Source: Neodothiora populina (lineage: Eukaryota). Taken from it: a DNA stretch of 64,000 nucleotides. The DNA lies in the NCBI RefSeq assembly GCF_041146345.1, contig NW_027191405.1:1798001-1862000 (forward strand), read 5' to 3'. Position numbers and translations under genes: made by a program. Shown piece by piece: positions 22,787 to 36,623 of this stretch (positions are counted from its first letter, which is position 1; each line of letters opens with the position of its first letter). The notes below the pieces were generated by a model. That model had not been told where the DNA came from. It did no database searches and worked only from the letters and a program-made list of their open reading frames with translations.

Positions 22787-25700
22787 ATGATGGAAGCCAC
22801 GCCCTCTGCTTCTGATTTGCAACTGCGACATTTTGGCAGCCAGCGAGAGGTTACACAGCGATCGAGCTCTCAGTCGGCGTCAACCAAAGAAAGGGACAAG
22901 GCCAGTCGCGCATCAAGACACAAAGGCTCCGGGCCGCACCTGATTTCCTCCATCATCGCCTCCTTCGAGCAAGTGACGAGTCCAGCACCCTCTCCACCAC
23001 TGTCCAGCTCTCAGTCCGCGTCTCGGGGGGTTCTACCATCCTATGCATCACGCAGAGCTGGCTTTGCGCCGAAACATCAATTGCGACGCAGTGTCAGTCT
23101 CGGCGTAGACTTCAGTCTCTACAGCACTGCGATCAAAGAAGAGTATGGCGGTTACACCTTCTCGGAAAACGGAGATTACGACAACGAGGACGATGACGAA
23201 GACGACAATAATGATGATGCCGCCGAATTTCCCATCGTCCCAACCTCGAGACGGTCACATGGAAAACTACCACATACCACAACACCGTCACCTGCACGTA
23301 GCCTGAAAGACTATCTGCGCTCTAGCTCGCCCGTCTCAAGAAGCTCAGCGTCGCTCAATGGTATAGAGACGGGCAAACCCAAGCTCTATCGTAGCAACAG
23401 CAGACTGAGTCTGGAGAGCTGGCAACATCGACACTCCTTCAGCCAGGTGTCGATAGAAAGCAAGTCAGAGGCGACACCGAGGAAGCCTTCTTCGCGCAAG
23501 CCATCCCGAGACACTCTCAGGCCAGAAACTATTCGAGAAGAACGCATTGCTGCCCTAGTCGTAGATAGCTCACCTCCCAAGAAAAAGGCTACTCAACCAG
23601 CATCTCCCCAAGTGCCAAAATCAGGGAATACGAGCCCTATGGAAAAGTCGCATCGCCCAGACCTTGTGCCTGCCACATCGTCGAAAAATGTGTTAGAGCA
23701 GGAGGAGGATGAGCATGAATATTACGATACGACTTTGAGCAATGTCACAGGAGAATCTTCAAAGTCGACCAAGAAAAACCCTATAACAGACGCGATACCT
23801 CTTCGTGTCTCATCGCTGAACCATACAACAACGCCTCCACGACATGGCAAAACAAAGTCAAAGCGCCCAGACCACAGCAAGCATATTACATCAACCCCAC
23901 AGAGGGGGCTTACTTCTGGGGGGACGTCCAAATCTGTGGATAACACCCCCAGTCGACCCATGTTCGAGGGTCTGGACGACGAGGACACGACCGTCAGGCG
24001 TATCAGAGAGCTAAAGCAGAGGAGGGAGGACAGGCTGAGACGAGAACAGACCACAGCTGAACAACCCCATAGTCGTGACGAAAGCATAACGCTTCCAGAT
24101 CGACGCACGGACGCAAAGTCTACCCGTTCCACGGGTAATCGCTCAGATCGTCCAAAGTCAGCTCAAGGAACTTCTGCTAGTAAACTTTCTCGTAGAGAGA
24201 CGGGCATACTAAAGGCCCATAAAGTCCTCGGGCTAAACAGTCCTTTTGCATCTCAGGACCATTCGCGGACCAATTTGTCTGGGAACCGCTCTCTGGACTA
24301 TGGGAACGATAGCGCAAGCTCGGACGTTATCCAGGGGCCATCTTTTGACAGATCCACCGCACAACTAATCTCCGCGCGAACATCGGATTCGGTAGATGCT
24401 GAACCATCATCTCGACGCATTCTTGAGCCCTCAATCTCGCCCACCATCCGTGATCAGCGCAAACATGACGGACCGAAGACTCGGCCACTAGCAAGACCAC
24501 GATTGCCGGATGGATCTCAATCCAAAGCCTCGGAATCCACTCCACCCAGCACATCACATTCGTCTCGCTCTCGTCTGAGCAGGAGTAACAGTACCAGTCT
24601 GGAGCGCAGTTCGCGCTCCGTTGTATCCACCCTCGCCGACAACGGCAGCAAAAGCCGACGCAAATCAATGAGCGACGCTCGCGATTTCGGCGTGTTCGAG
24701 GAAGTGCTCCAGGAGCGTCGGAAGAGCGTGACTGACTCTGTCGAAAATTATCTTGGTGCTCCGCGTCTGAGCCAGAAGGTCAGGTCTCACCAGGACGGCC
24801 GTATCATAACATTTTCAGAGGTCGGCGATCCGGCCGGCGCCGCGGTTATTGTATGTGTTGGCATGGGTCTCACCCGCTTTGTCACGGCGTTCTATGATGA
24901 CTTGGCCGCCACACTCGGTCTGCGACTCATCACTCTCGACAGACCTGGCGTTGGCGAGAGCGAACCTTACCCGGAACGGGAGCGCGTCGGACCATTGAGC
25001 TGGCCAGACGATGTATTGGCTGTGACTCAACATCTTCGCATAACAAGATTCAGTCTCCTTGCGCATTCTGCAGGCGCTATATATGCACTTGCGACTGCCC
25101 TCACCCTGCCGCACTGCATCGTCGGCAAGGTCCAGCTCCTCGCCCCTTGGATACCGGCTTCCCAATTTGATACGTTTGGCCTCAAAGACAGCTCGCCCGA
25201 CGCGACGCCTGTCGGAGCCCTGCCTCGATCGCAGAGATTTTTGCGTGTTCTACCAATACCTTTTCTCAAGGCCGCCAACGGTGGACTCTTCTCGCCGTCA
25301 TCCTTGAAGCCTTCCAATGTGCGGACGACCTCTACTCCGTTGTTATCACCTGGAAAGGAGAGCGGGAAAAACGGCAAGCCCCGAAAACGACTCGATGCCA
25401 TGCGGCGAGAGAGCATGATCTACATGGATCAGGTGGAGCCGGAGAAGCCTGTCAATACCATGTTTCCATTGCCCGAGGTTGGCGAGGATGAGCTGGCAGA
25501 GATGGAACCTCCAACGTTGAACCTCAGTGCAACAGCCACTCCCATGGATCCCGAATTGACCTTTGTTGCACAGGCTTTGGATGCGGCAGAGCACTCGGCA
25601 CGAGAGCGAAAGAGCGCCTATTCGAGCCTACTGACCGAACGTACCTGGACGTTGGCGACCCGCAACTCCAATCCGGCGGTGGATCTGATCGTCTGTCTGG

Positions 25701-25990
25701 AACGTCACAGGGACATTGGTTTCAGATATGTTGATATACAGCGTCAAATCACCATCACACACGGAAGCGAAGATAAGAGGGTGCCGGTGGAGAATGTACG
25801 ATGGATAGGGGAGCAAATCAACCGACGAGCAGCGGCAAACTGGGACCCTGATGCGAGACAGGAGCTCAAAGAGAGAGGAGGCTGTGAGGTAAGGGTGTTG
25901 CCCGGTGAAGGACACGGGCTCATGGCAAGCCCGGGTGTCATGGCCGACGTGTTGTCGGACATTGCGCGACAGTCGGCAGCCAGGTGGTGA
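22787..25990 (+). CDS. Alpha/beta-hydrolase with long Ser/Arg-rich disordered N-terminus
   Basis: 1067-aa ORF; FSEVGDP..CVGMG, TLDRPGVGES, nucleophile elbow LAHSAG, HGSEDKRVP (Asp), GEGHGLM (His). Confidence 0.85.
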   Translation: MMEATPSASDLQLRHFGSQREVTQRSSSQSASTKERDKASRASRHKGSGPHLISSIIASFEQVTSPAPSPPLSSSQSASRGVLPSYASRRAGFAPKHQLRRSVSLGVDFSLYSTAIKEEYGGYTFSENGDYDNEDDDEDDNNDDAAEFPIVPTSRRSHGKLPHTTTPSPARSLKDYLRSSSPVSRSSASLNGIETGKPKLYRSNSRLSLESWQHRHSFSQVSIESKSEATPRKPSSRKPSRDTLRPETIREERIAALVVDSSPPKKKATQPASPQVPKSGNTSPMEKSHRPDLVPATSSKNVLEQEEDEHEYYDTTLSNVTGESSKSTKKNPITDAIPLRVSSLNHTTTPPRHGKTKSKRPDHSKHITSTPQRGLTSGGTSKSVDNTPSRPMFEGLDDEDTTVRRIRELKQRREDRLRREQTTAEQPHSRDESITLPDRRTDAKSTRSTGNRSDRPKSAQGTSASKLSRRETGILKAHKVLGLNSPFASQDHSRTNLSGNRSLDYGNDSASSDVIQGPSFDRSTAQLISARTSDSVDAEPSSRRILEPSISPTIRDQRKHDGPKTRPLARPRLPDGSQSKASESTPPSTSHSSRSRLSRSNSTSLERSSRSVVSTLADNGSKSRRKSMSDARDFGVFEEVLQERRKSVTDSVENYLGAPRLSQKVRSHQDGRIITFSEVGDPAGAAVIVCVGMGLTRFVTAFYDDLAATLGLRLITLDRPGVGESEPYPERERVGPLSWPDDVLAVTQHLRITRFSLLAHSAGAIYALATALTLPHCIVGKVQLLAPWIPASQFDTFGLKDSSPDATPVGALPRSQRFLRVLPIPFLKAANGGLFSPSSLKPSNVRTTSTPLLSPGKESGKNGKPRKRLDAMRRESMIYMDQVEPEKPVNTMFPLPEVGEDELAEMEPPTLNLSATATPMDPELTFVAQALDAAEHSARERKSAYSSLLTERTWTLATRNSNPAVDLIVCLERHRDIGFRYVDIQRQITITHGSEDKRVPVENVRWIGEQINRRAAANWDPDARQELKERGGCEVRVLPGEGHGLMASPGVMADVLSDIARQSAARW

Positions 25991-26839
25991 TGGCGAAACG
26001 GTCCTGTCTACTGTAAGGCAGTATAATAATTCCAAGGTCGAGGAAGTGCTCTCGATGATGAAACGGTTGCTTGAGGGATGGTGACTGACATGGAGACGAG
26101 GACCACACAATCTCCCGACTTTTGATTTGCATATCTAGATACCCTTTTTCTTTTTATGGTCTATAAGCACCCACGATATACATTAATCTATGTTCTTCTG
26201 ACACGCTGGCCCCAGCCAATAGCCGACATGGAAACATGTGCTGCCAAGACATGCGTCCGGCTGCTGTTGGGCGAGGGGGCGTTCACTTGACAACCCGATT
26301 ATCAAACCTGTCCGAGCGAGGACTGGCCGCGCTAGGCTAGCCAAGGTCGACTACAAGTAATCTCAATCGTTCTGTTCCACTTGCACGATGATGCTGTGTA
26401 GCCAGATTTAGCAGAGAAGCTGGATTGGCTCGTCGATTGATCGTGACGTGTGGTAGCGATTTGTCTAAAAAATAGTAAGGCATCGCGTATGGCGGAGTAC
26501 GAGCTTGGACTTGTATCGGGATCCGGGAGGCTGGTGGATGGCTGGGAAGCTGCAGGAGAGGAGCATAAACCCTCACTATCTTCTGCTGTCACTTCTCCGT
26601 TCATTCCTTTCTCACTCCTGCACACAATCCATATCTGTGGTCTGACTGTCGCTATATACCTCGAGATCTCGACCAAGCTTCTATTCGCTAAATAGACGTT
26701 CAGAAAACGTACAACCGTCGGCCACTCGATACCACTGTCGCTTATCCACTAGAGTCCAGATCCAAACCCAAACCCAAATCCAAGCGGGGAAGTGGGGATA
26801 CCGTGACTGCCGCCTTTCACGAATTAATCATCAATTGCG

Positions 26840-28095
26840 ATGCGGTCCACAGTTGTCTCTTCCGCATCGCTACCACTGCTATATGCATTCACGACTTTGC
26901 TTTCCATCACAATTGCGCCGGTAGGGGCAAGTCCATCTCCAAAAGAATCCTGGAGTCAACTGCATGGTCTGTCATGGCCAGCACTCTTCGGCCGCGGGTC
27001 ATGTGCTGGCACCACTTGCGGCTGGTCTGGTCAACTCTGCTGCTCCGCCGATGAGGCATGTTTCACAGACTCCAACGATCAGGCCCAATGTTCGAAGACC
27101 ACGGCAGCCGTGGCGTCTCCGACTCCTACGGCTCCTGGATTCTGGCAATACTACACTACTGTGTACACCCAGACAGATCTGGTCACTGTGACAAGCACGT
27201 ATAGTTCAGAATGGTGTGCCAGCTCGACCGCCGCAAGCACCTGGGTTGCACCCAGTCCCACCGCGTCTCTGACGTGTAACTACGACCGCAATGAAACTCC
27301 CTGTGGTAGCATCTGCTGTGCGAGCGATCAGTACTGCTATAGCTCTGGCCAATGCAAAGCGGTGGCCGCAGCGAGCTCACATTACTCGTCATGGGATTCC
27401 ACAACCGCCTCCGCGTCTGCTCCCTTACGGCCCACCAGCAGCACTGTGGTCGTTGTGACCGCGACTAACTCGCCCACGACTACTGTGCCCTATGTCGCTC
27501 CTGTCGCCACTGGCGCAAACATCACCCTCACCGGAAGTGCCGCCAACAACTCCAGTGGTCTTAGCGGCGGCGCCATTGCGGGAATTGTCATTGGGGTTCT
27601 GGCTGGTATTGCTCTGCTCATCCTGCTATGCTTGTTCTGCTGCTTCCGAGGCATCTGGCATGCAATCTTCGGCGGCGGAAGACGGCGCTCAGAGCGCGAA
27701 GAGTACTACGAATCGCACCGACGTCGATCTGGCAGCGGAGCGGCAGGCGCTGCTGCTGCTGGTGGTCGTTCGTGGTACGGCTCGCGTCCTACCAGAGTAG
27801 AGACCGGAAGAGAAAAAAGAAGCGGTGGTCTGTTCAAAGAAGGTCTGGGCGTGGCAGCCCTCTTGGCTGGCGTAGCCGCAGTCTTGGGCCTAAAACGAAG
27901 ACACGACCGCAGGAGAGACGACGAAAAGAGCGATCTCAGCAGTAACTATTACAGTTACTACACGAGCGAGAGTAAGTCGCCCCACTCCCTTTGCATTTTG
28001 ATACCGTCAAAACTAACATCTATCCTCCAGGCAGCGCAAGCTCAGACGATCGCCGCACGAGAGACACGAGACGCTCATCTCGTACCAGGCGTTAA
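26840..28095 (+). CDS. Secreted-type Cys-rich, Ser/Thr-rich single-pass membrane protein (Mid2-like topology)
   Basis: N-terminal hydrophobic signal, two Cys clusters (CGWSGQLCC, CGSICC), GLSGGAIAGIVIGV transmembrane helix; intron 27972-28030 gives the C-terminus ...SSRTRR*. Confidence 0.75.
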
Positions 28096-31000
28096 GATAT
28101 ATGACCGCACGACCGCAAGGAGAAACGAAGATGACCAAACGACGAGAGGAAAAAAACATCGAATGATTGAAAAGACTTTTATTTCACGCATGGGGACGGG
28201 GAATCTGGCGCTATCCGGTTGATTTGCTTTTTTGTATTTTTGCTTTCGATTCTCCCAAATTAAGCCAGGGTTGTGTATTATTGGCAGAGCGCCCCCTCTA
28301 TGATCACCACCCTGAGCTTAGCATTCACAGTATAGTACGGTGTGGCGGATGGGCGGTGTATTGCAGTCCCCTCCCGCCTTTTTTTCTTTCTTTTCTATCC
28401 TGTACTTGTGGTTTCATTGCCACATGTACAGTGGTTCATGTTTTTTCCTTACATGTACATAACCAGCTATGGATGGACGAACAGTCGATCGGTGAGGGAA
28501 GGATGGGACAGATGAAGACAGGGACGAAAAGGAGGTATCTGTAGGAAAGAGGCAGACGACGATTGACGATGGCGGTAGTAGACGAAGTTAGATGACTATA
28601 ACCTACCTAATGAAAGGAGCTTTCGCCTTGCATTCATTTCTTGTCCCTGATCTTACGCTAATCGATGTTATATACTCCAGTGACAGTCGCGATATACGTG
28701 AAGATAGGCGTCGGTTACGTGGATCTATCCTGACTATCATCACTCGTTCACGCGGACTTGCAGGATCTTTGGTGAGTGTGACGAGGTACGTGGCCGTCAA
28801 CAGACTATATCCTCCGTATGCGCCTGACCCAAGAGACGACACTTGCAAATCCGCGCTCACTCGTCTCACTTCGCCGTGATGATCAGGAGGACTGTAGGAA
28901 AACCAAGTGACTTGCAAGGGTGAGATGACTTCACCGCGATATTCACTTCTCTACCCACCTCCAGTTAAGTTTTGGTTATGATGAGTTTTTCTCGGTGTGG
29001 TAGTGTCGTGGTAGTTAGGGGAACCCTGTCCGAGCTTCGTTTTCTATTGCTTCGTCTTTTCCTTTTTGTTACGAGTACTATCCCACTATTCGACATCTTA
29101 GCAGCGGTTCATTGTCCTTTCAGTCGTCTTATAACACTCAAGTCATATCGACATCGGAAGTATGAACCCATTTGAGTGTATCAATGATGTGGCATCGACA
29201 GCGCTTGGGGAGGACTGCGGAACCTCTGGAGAGGAAAAGCGCACTTCCAGGGCTCGCATCTCGCGAGTGTGCAAGTCAATGATAACAATGAAGTGTCAAA
29301 TTTGTTCTTCACTTCGAGGTATAAGCATCTGTAAAGTGCTTCTCCAAGAGTCCGGACTCAGTGTGATGTCGATTGAAGCAGTACAATCGTTCTAATCAAA
29401 TCGGCGGGGCTTGGATATACGGTGTATCTCTATTCTCAAGTGGCACTTCTTCATTTTAAAGTAGAGCAGCCTTTCGTGGAGTAAGGAGAGTAGATAGTCA
29501 CTTGCTGTCATATATTATTGTTCTAATTGCTTCGCTGTAAAGCTAAGGGAGGCGTCAGAGTTCCAGCAGTGATTGATGGCTTCATTCACTAAGGCATTAC
29601 ACTAAGTGACTCTCTGAATCCGTTATACATGTTGCACCCGAAGACTCAACTGACTCTTCGGTTACTGTACTATAGCGTTCTGGCACAATCGTCCTTGACC
29701 TGGAACGACGACGTGCATAACCGCTCAGACCAGACTTACCTTCATACGACCAATCCACGAACCTTTACTCAGAAGACACTTGCAGGATGTTCGCACCTCC
29801 TCTGAGGCACTCTACTGCTGCGCAAAACCAACGCGTCACACAGAGGTCTGAGGTGGGCTACCAGGAGTTCATCCGGCAGCTCTGGGTTGCAGCATACTTG
29901 GATCCAGCCTCCGAGGATCCTGCTGCGACGGTCCAGGGCAGCGTTGAGACATCTTCCAAACCTACAGAGTTGGCTCAACTGCGAATGCAGACCAAATATC
30001 GTCCTCCACGAGCGAATTCCCCCGAGGAGGGCGCGCTGACACTTCATAGCTTATGCAGCTCGAGCAGAGTAGAGAAGAGGCATCGTGCCAATGACCAGGG
30101 AATGGTGAAAGGTGTAGATCCTAAAGCAAGGGCATGCTTAAGACCATATATTGATGGTGGCGTCCATATGGATCCACGGAATAGCGGGCAAGGGCTCAAG
30201 AGCAATGCCTTTGTATCAGATAGGAGTTCCCAAAACCCAGCGGGTACAGGTCCTGCCGCGATGGTCTGGTCGACTATGGGTCATCAATCGCAAAGAGTCA
30301 GGACTCCAAGCCGCGATAACCTGGATAAAAGCGATAGACGCCAGACATCAAGATACTTTGGAATGTTCAAATCGGCAAGAACTTAAGAGAGCTATGCCAC
30401 CAAGTATCACGGCTCTGTCGACGGGGTTCCTCGGAAGAAGCGACATTTGAACAGATGGGTGATCTCCTGTCCATAAGACGGCGATCACTGAAGAATGCAA
30501 GTCAGTTCAGAGAGGCGTTTACCCCTGACATAGACGTTGATACCAGAACTGCAGGTTTCTGCATTCATGCAATGTCGCTTTGCGTGGTGCTGTCAGTATC
30601 ATACGACGGCTTCTCCATACATACTACAAGCACTGGGGCGAAATGTAGCCAGTGCTTCGCTTCCATATGTGCCGAGGCTGTCAGGAAACTTGGGCACGAG
30701 CAGCAAGATATGATCTCTCCATGACATGCGCCTAAGCATTGAGAGTTTGCATTTTCAATCATCGCTGCAGAGATGCCAATTCAGAAGCCAGAAGTGCAGC
30801 CGATGAAGATACGCAGTAGCATGGCGATAAAGTAGTGACTTACAGAATCTAAATTGAGATTAGGGCATGGTTGATAGTTTTAATGAGGAAAACAAAAAGA
30901 TCTACAAAGACCTTACGGGATGGATTCGGAGATACCGTGTCTGTGATTACTCCGTACCATTCCTATGATTAATCACACTCTCTATGGGTAATTTATCTGA

Positions 31001-31659
31001 CTGCAACACAAAGCGCCATGTAGCAGAAGAATGGTAACGTCCTACACAACGCGAAGAACATTGGTTTTTTCTTGCTGACCAAAAGACTGTATTCTGTATG
31101 GCTTGTCTGAAAGGATTCCTCGGATCAGCGATCGATCGCAGAGCTTAAAACACATCTACAGGACTTCCAAGTTTTTGGTATACCTCTGTACACATTTGGC
31201 AGTAAACTTCGTCAGCCAAGCACCGGATGGCTGTGTTTGCTCGACGCGACGATGCTTGGCCTGCACTTGGCACATGTTGCGCCCGGTTTCCAGTCGCAAC
31301 GGTGCGAGGGTAAGATGAACTGAGGGTGAAGATAGCACTGGGCTAGTACTTGTAGGGCAATAAACGCATACACATTGCCTCTCAATTGCAGAGTAAGAAA
31401 GTATGATGAAGAGCCTCTGAGCACTTGTAGGTGTCTCTGGTGTCCCCCTCTCCTGACATTCCGTCTTCTTCGTTGTGATCATCCCCCCTCCCTACCCCTC
31501 TACTGTAGGCAGAATCAACAGGAGAATTGAGTTTGTGTTGACATTCCAGATAACAAATTGGTGCTGAATCGAGCGTGTCATCAAAAAGTCCGAGATTAGG
31601 CATTCATCATACTAGGTAGCCACAGTAGCTAGCAAGCAAGGAAGCGAGCAGCGCGCAAC

Positions 31660-34243
31660 ATGAACTCAGACGCTGGCAAAAGTGCGCGGCGGGTCCTCGA
31701 TGAGACGCAACATCAACAGAACGATCTCTCGCGCCCAGACAGATTGGAACATAAACAAGAGCAAAACACACACTGGGGACCAACAGATGGTCCTGCCCAT
31801 CAAACCTCTGCCGGAGCAGCCCAGGAAGAATGGTCACATGTCACCGGTCGCGACGAGGAGCCTCAGTTTTCCGGAAATCACACTGTTCCGGCAAGTGCAA
31901 CCACTCAACCAGTGTCAAGTGACGCCAACGGTATTGGCAATGGCCCTCAGCTTGTGAACACAAGGAAAGGACTACAAGTCTTGTGCGGACCCCTCCTCAA
32001 TTACAGGCGCATGAGCAAGCAAGAGACAGATACCCCGATATGGCACGGTAGCGTTCTCATTGTCGCTACGGCTGGACAACAGCCTCCGCTTCTGAGACTC
32101 CAACATGCAGACGACGGCGATGGTTCATCGGTTACCAGCATCCAGGCCGAGAAGTTGTACGAAGATCCCAAGTCATCGTTCTGGCGCTTCGAGATCAATG
32201 TGCCCTTCTTACATCATGAATCGAGATGGGAGTACCATATCCCTGGCATAGAGTACGTTGACCCTAAGAAGACAATGTCTACAGGACCAAAAGTCTTCTC
32301 CGTGCCGTCCAAATTCGCTTCGATGAGAATCATGTTTCACTCCTGCAACGGCTTCTCCGTCGGTACTGATACGGACGCTTGGTCCGGATGTGCCTTGTGG
32401 AACGATGTCCTGCGTAATCACGAGAAAATCCCTTTTCATGTCATGATCGGTGGAGGCGACCAGATCTACAATGATGGTGTAAGAGTCGACGGTCCTCTCC
32501 GCCCCTGGACCGACATGGCATCTCCCCATAAGCGAAGAAAGTAAGTGATTCGTAAAGTGCCAAACCTCGACGTGCCGCTGACCACCTTTTACCAGCTTCC
32601 CTTTCAATGAAGAACTACGTGCCGCTTGTGATGAATATTACTTCAACAACTATGTGCGATGGTATGGAATCGAACCCTTTGCTTTCGCCAATTGCCAGAT
32701 CCCTCAGTTGAACATTTGGGACGACCATGACATTATCGATGGCTTTGGCTCGTACACCGATCACTTCATGCAGTGTGCAGTCTTCAGGGGTATCGGTGGT
32801 GTGGCACACAAGTACTATCTGCTCTTCCAGCATCACTTACCACCTCCCGTGAGCACCTTCACCACCGACGCTCCGCAAACCCTCCACGCCAACGCGCAAG
32901 GAACCAGCGATGCCGATGCCGTTCAACTGAAGGACACTTATGTCATGAAGACCGAGCACGAAGATCCCTCATACATTATTGGAACATCTCCTGGTCCATA
33001 TGTGGAAGAGCGCAGTCGCTCGATATATTGCCAACTCGGTGCTCGCGTCGCCTTTCTTGGTATCGACGCTCGCACCGAACGTACGAGGCATCAGATCAAT
33101 TATCCAGAGACTTACGACCAGGTCTTCTCGCGTACTTCGAAAGAGCTTGCGGCGAACCCGAACCTGAAACATCTGATCCTGCTTCTCGGAGTTCCAATCG
33201 CGTATCCCCGTCTTCAATGGCTGGAAAACATTCTTCAGTCACCAATCATTGGCCCCATCCGCTTCCTGAACAAGCGATTCGGTCTGGGAGGTGGCTTTTT
33301 CAACCACTTCGACGGAAACGTTGATTTGCTGGACGATCTAGACGATCACTACACTGCACATCAACACAAAAAGGAGCGCAGAGACTTGGTACACCGGCTG
33401 CAGCGTCTCGCCAAGAAGCACAACGTGCGCGTGTCAATCCTCGGTGGAGATGTCCATCTTGCAGCATTGGGCCGCTTCTACAGCAACCCAAAGCTGGGGA
33501 TCCCGGTGGAGAAAGATTGGAGATACATGCCCAACATCATCTCGAGCGCCATCACCAACAAGCCTCCGCCGTCTGTAGTCGCGAACCTTTTGGCTAAGAG
33601 AAACAAGATCCATCACTTGGACACGGAGACGGACGAGACGCTCCTGACGCTATTCGACCGCGATCCAGGGCACGGCAAAGACGGCGTCACCAGCAAAACA
33701 GCGGACAGCAACCACTGCACGATGCCGAGTCGCAACTACGCCATAATAAGCGAGAGCCACGACCTGACCAACTCCCCCTCGCTCGAGCGCGTAGCCAACG
33801 GCAATGGCGTCGCTCACGACCTCAACAACAACAGCACATCCCTGCGCCCACCACCGACCGCGAACGGCAGCATCTCGACCGCAGGCCACTCGGCCAACGG
33901 CGCCACAATCGCCTCGTCGGACCCCTCATCACGCCCCTCCACAACCGGCACCGCAGAGGACGGAACCAGCAGGCCCGCCACTGCCGCCGCCACCGACAAC
34001 AAAGGCGGAGCAGCCCCCAAGATCAACCCTCGAAACGCACTCCACGCCGGCGAGGAGCAAGCAGGCACTCAACACCCCGCAGCCAGCGGCCTGAGCAAGA
34101 CGGAGCTCGGAGGCGAGTTCGGCCTAGACGTCAGCTTCAGAGTGGAGATTTCGCCCAGTGATCGAGAGGGCCATACTGAGGGGTATGGGCTGACGATTCC
34201 TGCGTTGAGTGCGGAGAGATTCAGCAAGTCTGCTGCAAAGTAG
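31660..34243 (+). CDS. PhoD-like metallophosphatase (no signal peptide)
   Basis: MFHSCNG, GGGDQIYND, WDDHDIIDG, DARTERT, GGDVH motifs; intron 32541-32595. Confidence 0.88.
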
Positions 34244-35392
34244 GAGTGGCATCTCTAGACGCTGAGCAGTGGGCGAATTGGTGATGCATCGTCATTGTAA
34301 TGAGCACTTGAAGGACCGCACCCGCATAAAATAGACACGCGGGTGGTTATGATGGCGAGAAGGCGGAATAAAGAAGAAGTGTGGAGGAGGGAGGACTAAT
34401 ACTAAAGCGAATTAATGGGTGTGGATGTAGTGGTGGCGGTAGTGGTGGTATAGCTGGAGCGGCCCTTCATCTCTTCTAATCAGACGATGTCTTTTCCCTG
34501 ATAAAAGAGAAACAGACACCGTCAATAACCCGCCTTTCGTTCCCTTTCTGTTATTCTCTTTTCTCGCAAAAGAAAAAGTCCCGTTGTTCATCGTCAATCA
34601 GATATATTGATACCCACTCAGACTATGATAATTGGACCTCTTTTTCTTTCTTCTTCATCTGCCGGCATTGTGATGATAGCCCATGTCTCCTGCTACACAA
34701 CATATCGTTGATCTCTGCTGAAGCATTGAAGTGGCTTTTGTTCCATTCGATCCCCACCCTACTATTTTCTGCTCCTCCTTAGGTGGCTGATGACTTCTGA
34801 CTGTACGCAGCATCAAGGCGTGCACCCACACCCACCTCCTTTTTTGTCAAAAGGGGGGGAAAGACACGTACTATGTGCTTTTTGAGAGAGTGTGTCTCAG
34901 AGTTTGTGGGTCCTACCACTTCGACAACATTGTTGGAGTACTCGAGTCCCATGCTAGATGGATTCGCGCGGAAAAGGGAAATGCACAAGCAAAAAACCAA
35001 GGGAAAAAAGAAGTAGATGCTGCCATCTGCATAGACCTCGACAAAAGAAGAGAAAAGAAGAGAAAGAAATTGGCCGTTTTTCTTTTCAGCTATTATTTGG
35101 GTTGTGCGTTTGTGGTAATGTGGTATCAAGCGGAGAGAAAGCATCGAGCAACAACAAAAAGAAACTAGAAGAGAAGTAGGGAAAGGAGAAGAAGTAAATA
35201 GGAGAAAGAGAAAAGGAGGTTGCCCGCATTAACGCCAGAAACTCCCTCCGCTCACGAATGCTTTTTGCTCGGGTCAGGAAATGTGAGTAAGACGTGCCAA
35301 GAGGGGCAACATCATGTTTGCAGGCAGGCGTGGTACGGCAAGCGCTATGAGATGTACAGCAGCGGCGGTGACGAGGCAGAATAACCGACGTT

Positions 35393-36623
35393 CTAACGGA
35401 GACCGATGACACTCTTTACTACGGTCAGTAAATGAACTTTGGATACGTATCAACTTTGAACTTACCATTTCGAGGGTCCACACGCGCCTTATCCAGACCT
35501 TCAGGGTACCTTCAACACCTTCGACATTCTCCAGATCGAGACCCTCCCACCAACAGCGACGTGCAGGCTTTCGCCAGAACAGCAGAAGCTTCTGGGCCAT
35601 TCCAACAGCGGCCGAATTGGGATCATGGGAGTCGGTGGTGCGCAGACGGGCCAGAGCGATTGAGCAGATGACGGCCTTGTCAGGCTCACCTGCACGGTGG
35701 CCCCATCGATCAGTATGGTTGAAACCACTGTAGCGCGTTAGCAGTGGCCTTTATGGGATGATCAGAAAAAAGCTTACCCAGCCGTAAGCATCTCGATAAG
35801 ATGTTGCTCGGTGGTTCCGGGTTCCTCGCTCTTGCGTAGACCGCTGAAGATGCCGTCCTGTTTCAGCAATGCTCTGCCAGCAGCTCGCTTCACCTCGATC
35901 ATTTCGGTGGGACCAATGTCTTTGCGTGGCGGAATGGCATAAAAGTCGAGATCCTCGCGAAGAACGATGATGCCGGCGCGGTCCTGGAGCATGTCTCTGG
36001 CGTTGCCGGCCATGGGTTCGACCGGATAAGCATCGGGAAGGTTGGTGAAAAGAGGCTGTTCCTCACGCTCGTCCGCATTTGCAGCTTCGGTGGGAATGGT
36101 TTGTGCGACGATACGGAAGAAATCGAGCATGTATTGTAGGGAGTGGGGATCGTACTGGGAGCGATAAGACATGTCAGATAAGTATACAGAAGGATTGGAG
36201 AGGAGATTATAGAGGGGTCCACTCGAAGTCGGAGCGGGAACGAAGGAGGACATCGGACGGGAGGATGAAGATGCAGGAGTGACTTGGGCAATGGGATGAT
36301 GACTGACATCGACCGGATAGACATCACCGTCGTGATATGCATTCATGTGGCCATCGGGCAGAAGACCGTTGGGGAAAAGTGAGAGGAGGACAAACTCGGG
36401 GAGAGTCAGCAACTCATCACGCGATAGGGTGAAACGTAGGCCCCTGGGGTGCGGCAACAAAGTCAGCAAACCGTACTGTATGTAACGAAAGTGACAGTGG
36501 AGGGAAATACCTCAGGTCGAGAGAGATGTTCTCGTCGGAGACGGCGGCCAAAGTGTTGATGGGAGCAGGGCCTCCTCGAGGGACTTGTGTTATGATGCTT
36601 GCAGCACCGCCAGCGGAAGCCAT
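35393..36623 (-). CDS. WHI2: Whi2 growth/stress regulator (BTB-like, Psr phosphatase partner); may have an N-terminal extension (see findings)
   Basis: MASAGGAASIITQV..LDLR|GLRFTLSRDELLTLPEFVLLSLFPNG..LREDLDFYAIP..LLLFWRKPARRCWW..RVWTLEM|SVIGLR*; four introns. Confidence 0.9.

Noticed and set aside
29787..30386. 199-aa plus-strand ORF in a 3.5-kb intergenic region
   Set aside because: No recognisable motif or splice support; could be an orphan gene but cannot be supported from sequence alone
35414..35421. Alternative TAG acceptor in the last WHI2 intron, which would end the protein at ...TLEM
   Set aside because: Too close to the branch point; the AAG acceptor restores the expected SVIGLR terminus
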